Shown here one piece after another: positions 60,575 through 64,000 of a stretch of 64,000 bases of DNA. Made by a program: the position numbers and the translations under genes. This DNA is from Podarcis gaigeae (lineage: Eukaryota): the NCBI GenBank assembly GCA_964106915.2, contig OZ066914.1; one strand, written 5' to 3'. The notes beneath the pieces are model-generated. The model made no database searches. It saw nothing but the letters and a program-made list of their open reading frames with translations, and was not told where the DNA came from. The stretch's first letter is position 1, and the number at the start of each line of letters is the position of its first letter.

Positions 60575-60925
60575 ATAGGATAAAGGCGATTGACATCAAT
60601 AGCCATTTTCCATTTGATGACTGGTAGAAATGCAAATTGACACTATTAAAAAAAGAAGATGAAAAGCAGGGGGAGGAGAGATGTTCTAAATCTATTTGGG
60701 AGGAGGGGGGAATAGTGGCAGTTAAAACCAATAAAGTCTTTTATTTGAATGCCATTAGTGGGGTTTGGCAGCCATCCGCGCCATCTACTTCAGAGAAGCA
60801 CAGCACAGATTAAGAGCCTGCGTGGTAATTTGCACATATGGAAATGCTTTTTCTCGCCGTTCTGATGGCTCTGTTGTGGACAGATGGAATTAGCGAGCAC
60901 TCCAAAGCCGTGAAGGCAAACACAT
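60575..60925. promoter_or_regulatory. Candidate enhancer / conserved non-coding element
   Basis: CpG-retaining unique block with GATTGACAT, octamer ATGCAAAT, CCAATAAA, GATTA, CATATG and CAGATG E-boxes, and a partial CTCF-like GCGCCATCTAC. Confidence 0.45.
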
Positions 60926-61764
60926 TTTTTTCAAAGAGAGAGAGAGAGAGAGAGAGAGGAAGATGACAAAAGAAACAACCCCTTCTCTTCTTTTCTCCCT
61001 CTCGTGTGAGAAACTCCAGCCTGATATAAATAAATAAGTGGCATTAACCACAGACCAATATCACTGACTCCTTTTTCCCAACTTGGCATGAATAGCTTGA
61101 CTTTCTCTTCTTTGAGGTTGCAAATCGTCATAATCTTTGTCATCGTTTTCGAGAAAGGAGAAGACTATGATACATAACCAAGGAGTGGCACATCAAAGAC
61201 AGTGTTCAGATGCCGGTTGTATGGAGAACCCTTTTCGCTCTCAACAGCGGGCCTCCTAACACCAGCTTCCCACCCTGACACTGTTTGCTGTTAACAGTGA
61301 GCCACATTTCTCTCTCCCTCTTTCCTTGCAAGCCTTGTTCTCGTGACGCTCAGTCTTGCTGCTGAGCAGATTTTTCTCCCACCAATTTCCCTGCAAAGGG
61401 ATAGGGAGATGGCATCCCTGTTATGACTCTGTTGCAGAAGGCAGATCATATTTACAATTCCAGCAACAGAGGAAACCAACTGCTCCCTGGAATGGGGGAG
61501 AGGGGCAACTCAAGGAAGGCACAAGCATCCGTCTGTCTATAGAGACGACCCTTTAGGTCCCTTCCAACTTAACAGTGCTGTGATTCTATGGCTCCCATGG
61601 CCCATAACTCTGTTTTTGGGGCTCCCACAATGCTCAATTTCAAATGTGGGGACAGTGAGTGCAAGGCGCATGCAGAGGGAGGAGAGGGAAGCCCCACTGT
61701 TATACTAGTGTAATCATTAAGTTGAATACTGGTTTCTCCATCTCCATTTCTCTCTGCCTTCCCT

Positions 61765-61975
61765 AACTGTAGTCTAGATACTTTGGACTACACATCCCAT
61801 CATCTCTACTCAGTGGGTAGTGTACCATTTCTCTCTGTGGGTGGGATCCTCTTTTCAGTCTCCTACTGGTCTCTCTTCTATTTCCTCCCTTCTTGCCACA
61901 CTCAGGAAATTGTGTTAATGGCCACACGTGGCTAGAATTATGGGAGTTGTAGTCCCAGGCTGGGAAAGTTTGATC
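61765..61975. mobile_element. Split hAT-type MITE remnants
   Basis: GGACTACACATCCCATCATC left arm and ATGGGAGTTGTAGTCC right arm. Confidence 0.5.
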
Positions 61976-62251
61976 TATTGAATGCTTGCCAAATCCTCCC
62001 CAACTCAGTCTCCAACACCATGGCAAATTTGGGAGTTCTGTCTTTCCAAAGCTGATTCAGTTTTGTACAGTCAGTGTAGTTGATACTGAGCTAGATAGAC
62101 CAATGGACTGAAAGTGCATGGCAGCCTCCAATGTTCATATTAGGGCTGGGCACAGCCCACTCCGAAACCCAATTTAATGTCCAAATCTGAGCCTTTGGAC
62201 TGAGCCAACCCAACCCTGATCCAATTTAAATGTATAGGTGGTAAGGGGGAA

Positions 62252-62994
62252 TGCTGTTGTTTAGTCGTTTAGTCATGTCCGACTCTTTGTGACCCCATGG
62301 ACCAGAGCACGCCAGGCACTCCTGTCTTCCACTGCCTCCCGCAGTTTGGTCAAATTTGTGTTAGTATCTTCAAGAACACTGTCCAACCATCTCGTCCTCT
62401 GTCGTCCCCTTCTCCTTGTGCCCTCCATCTTTCCCAACATCAGGGTCTTTTCCAGGGAGTCTTCTCTTCTCATGAGGTGGACAAAGTATTAGAGCCTCAG
62501 CTTCACAATCTGTCCTTCCAGTGAGCACTCAGGGCTGATTTCCTTCAGAATGGATAGGTTTGATCTTCTTGTAGTCCATGGGACTCTCAGGAGTCTCCTC
62601 CAGCACCATAATTCAAAAGCATCAATTCTTCGGCGATCAGCCTTCTCACTTCCATACATCACTACTGGGAAAACTATAGCTTTAACTATACGGACCTTTG
62701 TCGGCAAGGTGTTGTCTCTGCTTTTTAGATCCTGCGTAGGTTTGTCATTGCTTTTTCTCCCAAGAAGCAGGTGTTTTTTAATTCCATGACTGCTGTCACC
62801 ATCTGCAGTGATCATGGAGCCCAAGAAAGTAAAATCTCTCACTGCCCCCATTTCTTCCCCTTCTATTTGCCAGGAGGTGATGGGACCAGTGGCCATGATC
62901 TTAGTTTTTTTATGTTGAGCTTCAGACCATATTTTGCGCTCTCCTCTTTCACCCTCATTAAGAGGTTCTTTAATTCCTCCTCACTTTCTGCCAT
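62252..62994 (-). mobile_element. BovB (RTE clade) LINE 3' fragment
   Basis: Minus ORFs MATGPITSWQIEGEEM..DFTFLGSMITADGDSSH..TKVRIVKAIVFPVVMYGSE..IDAFELWCWRRLLRVPWT and MRREDSLEKTLMLGK..WRALVHGVTKSRT; broken by stops and frameshifts. Confidence 0.95.
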
Positions 62995-64000
62995 GGATAT
63001 ATTTGTCTCCTTCCCTCCTTCCTGAGCCAGGGTGGTTCAGTCCTGTGGAGTGCTCCTTCACATGCAACTTCTCTGTAGGGGAATGAGCTTGCAAATGAGC
63101 AACCTGCAGATTGCATTCAGTATTCTGGGGTGTAGCTCCAGGGGTGGGATGTTAAGCAGGAATGAGAGGCATGTGGGAAAACCACTTAAGGACCAGCACC
63201 CTGCTCCCAATGTCCAAAATCATGCAGTCCACCACTACCTCCTCCTGGAAGCAATTCAGCCAGGAGGTGCATCTCTTCTCCTCCAATACCTTTTTGCTGT
63301 TTCTCCCTTCTTCCTGCCTGACCTCTTCTTCTTCCTGCCCGACGCCAGCTTCTCCTGCCTGCCTGACAACCACTCCCTGACAGCCATGGATCATTTTGGG
63401 TTTCCTGACTCAACCTGTGGCAACCTGGGACAGTCTCTACCCGACTTGGGCAAATGAGCCAAAGCAGCCAATTGGGTTCCGGTGTCAGCCAAATCCAATG
63501 CACAGCCCTAAGCCCGATGTTCCTACATGCCACTGGGAAGTGCAGTGAAAAATGGGAGGATTTCTGTAATGTTTGAAATGTATGCACAGACAGGAGGGGT
63601 TTCGTAATCAATTCTTCTTCCCATGGAACTCTGGGAACTGTAGTTCTGTGAAAGGAAAGAAGGTCTCCTAAGAACTCTTGGCATCCTCAGCAAACTACAG
63701 CTCCTAAGATTCTTTGGGAGAAGCCATGTGGTATGATATTGCTTTAAATATACAGCAAATCTTTCTCCTTTCCCTCTTGCTGGGCTTTCTATTCCCCCAC
63801 CCACCATACTGTTCTTCACTACTTCAGACAGCTTCAACCTCCACCCCACCACCTGAGTTTCAGGATGGCGCCTGCTCTGCCAGGAGCAGGTTTTGGACCT
63901 CAAGACAAAGACTGGAGATTTGACACCCCACTGTGTTCAGCTGTTTGTTTGTATCTTGCAATTTTTATTACAGGTAGTTTTGAAGATTTCAGAAATAACA

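Noticed and set aside
63000-63510. GC-richer segment resembling another LTR
   Set aside because: No clear TG..CA termini or TSD could be located by eye.

Overview
Vertebrate non-coding DNA (intronic or gene-desert) from a squamate reptile, most likely a lacertid lizard. This is inferred from the repeat content: a Sauria SINE with an intact TSD, BovB/RTE, CR1, L2, L1, CORE-SINEs, Penelope remnants and lizard-type MITEs. No intact protein-coding gene, tRNA, rRNA or CRISPR array is supported. The only ORFs with recognisable protein motifs are decayed LINE ORF2 pieces (CR1, L2, L1, BovB). A possible minus-strand splice acceptor at the left edge hints that the window is one large intron, but the host gene cannot be named. 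Between the repeats are several unique, CpG-retaining blocks rich in homeodomain, SOX, POU and nuclear-receptor motifs that look like developmental enhancers (inference only). The most notable observations are three hammerhead-ribozyme-like motifs: (i) a degenerate Penelope-type motif at 19329-19376 (-) inside a unit bounded by ~56-bp direct repeats; (ii) a 5'-truncated Penelope hammerhead at 25187-25219 (-) with a 13-bp TSD; (iii) a type-I-topology motif with an intact core but a vestigial stem II at 51421-51462 (+), in otherwise unexplained sequence. Also notable are two inverted copies of a ~750-790-bp hairpin-rich LTR-like element lacking TG..CA ends (DIRS/Ngaro-like), a clean solo LTR, nested insertions and a MITE cluster. 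All calls were made by eye; family names and fuzzy boundaries need RepeatMasker/Infernal confirmation.
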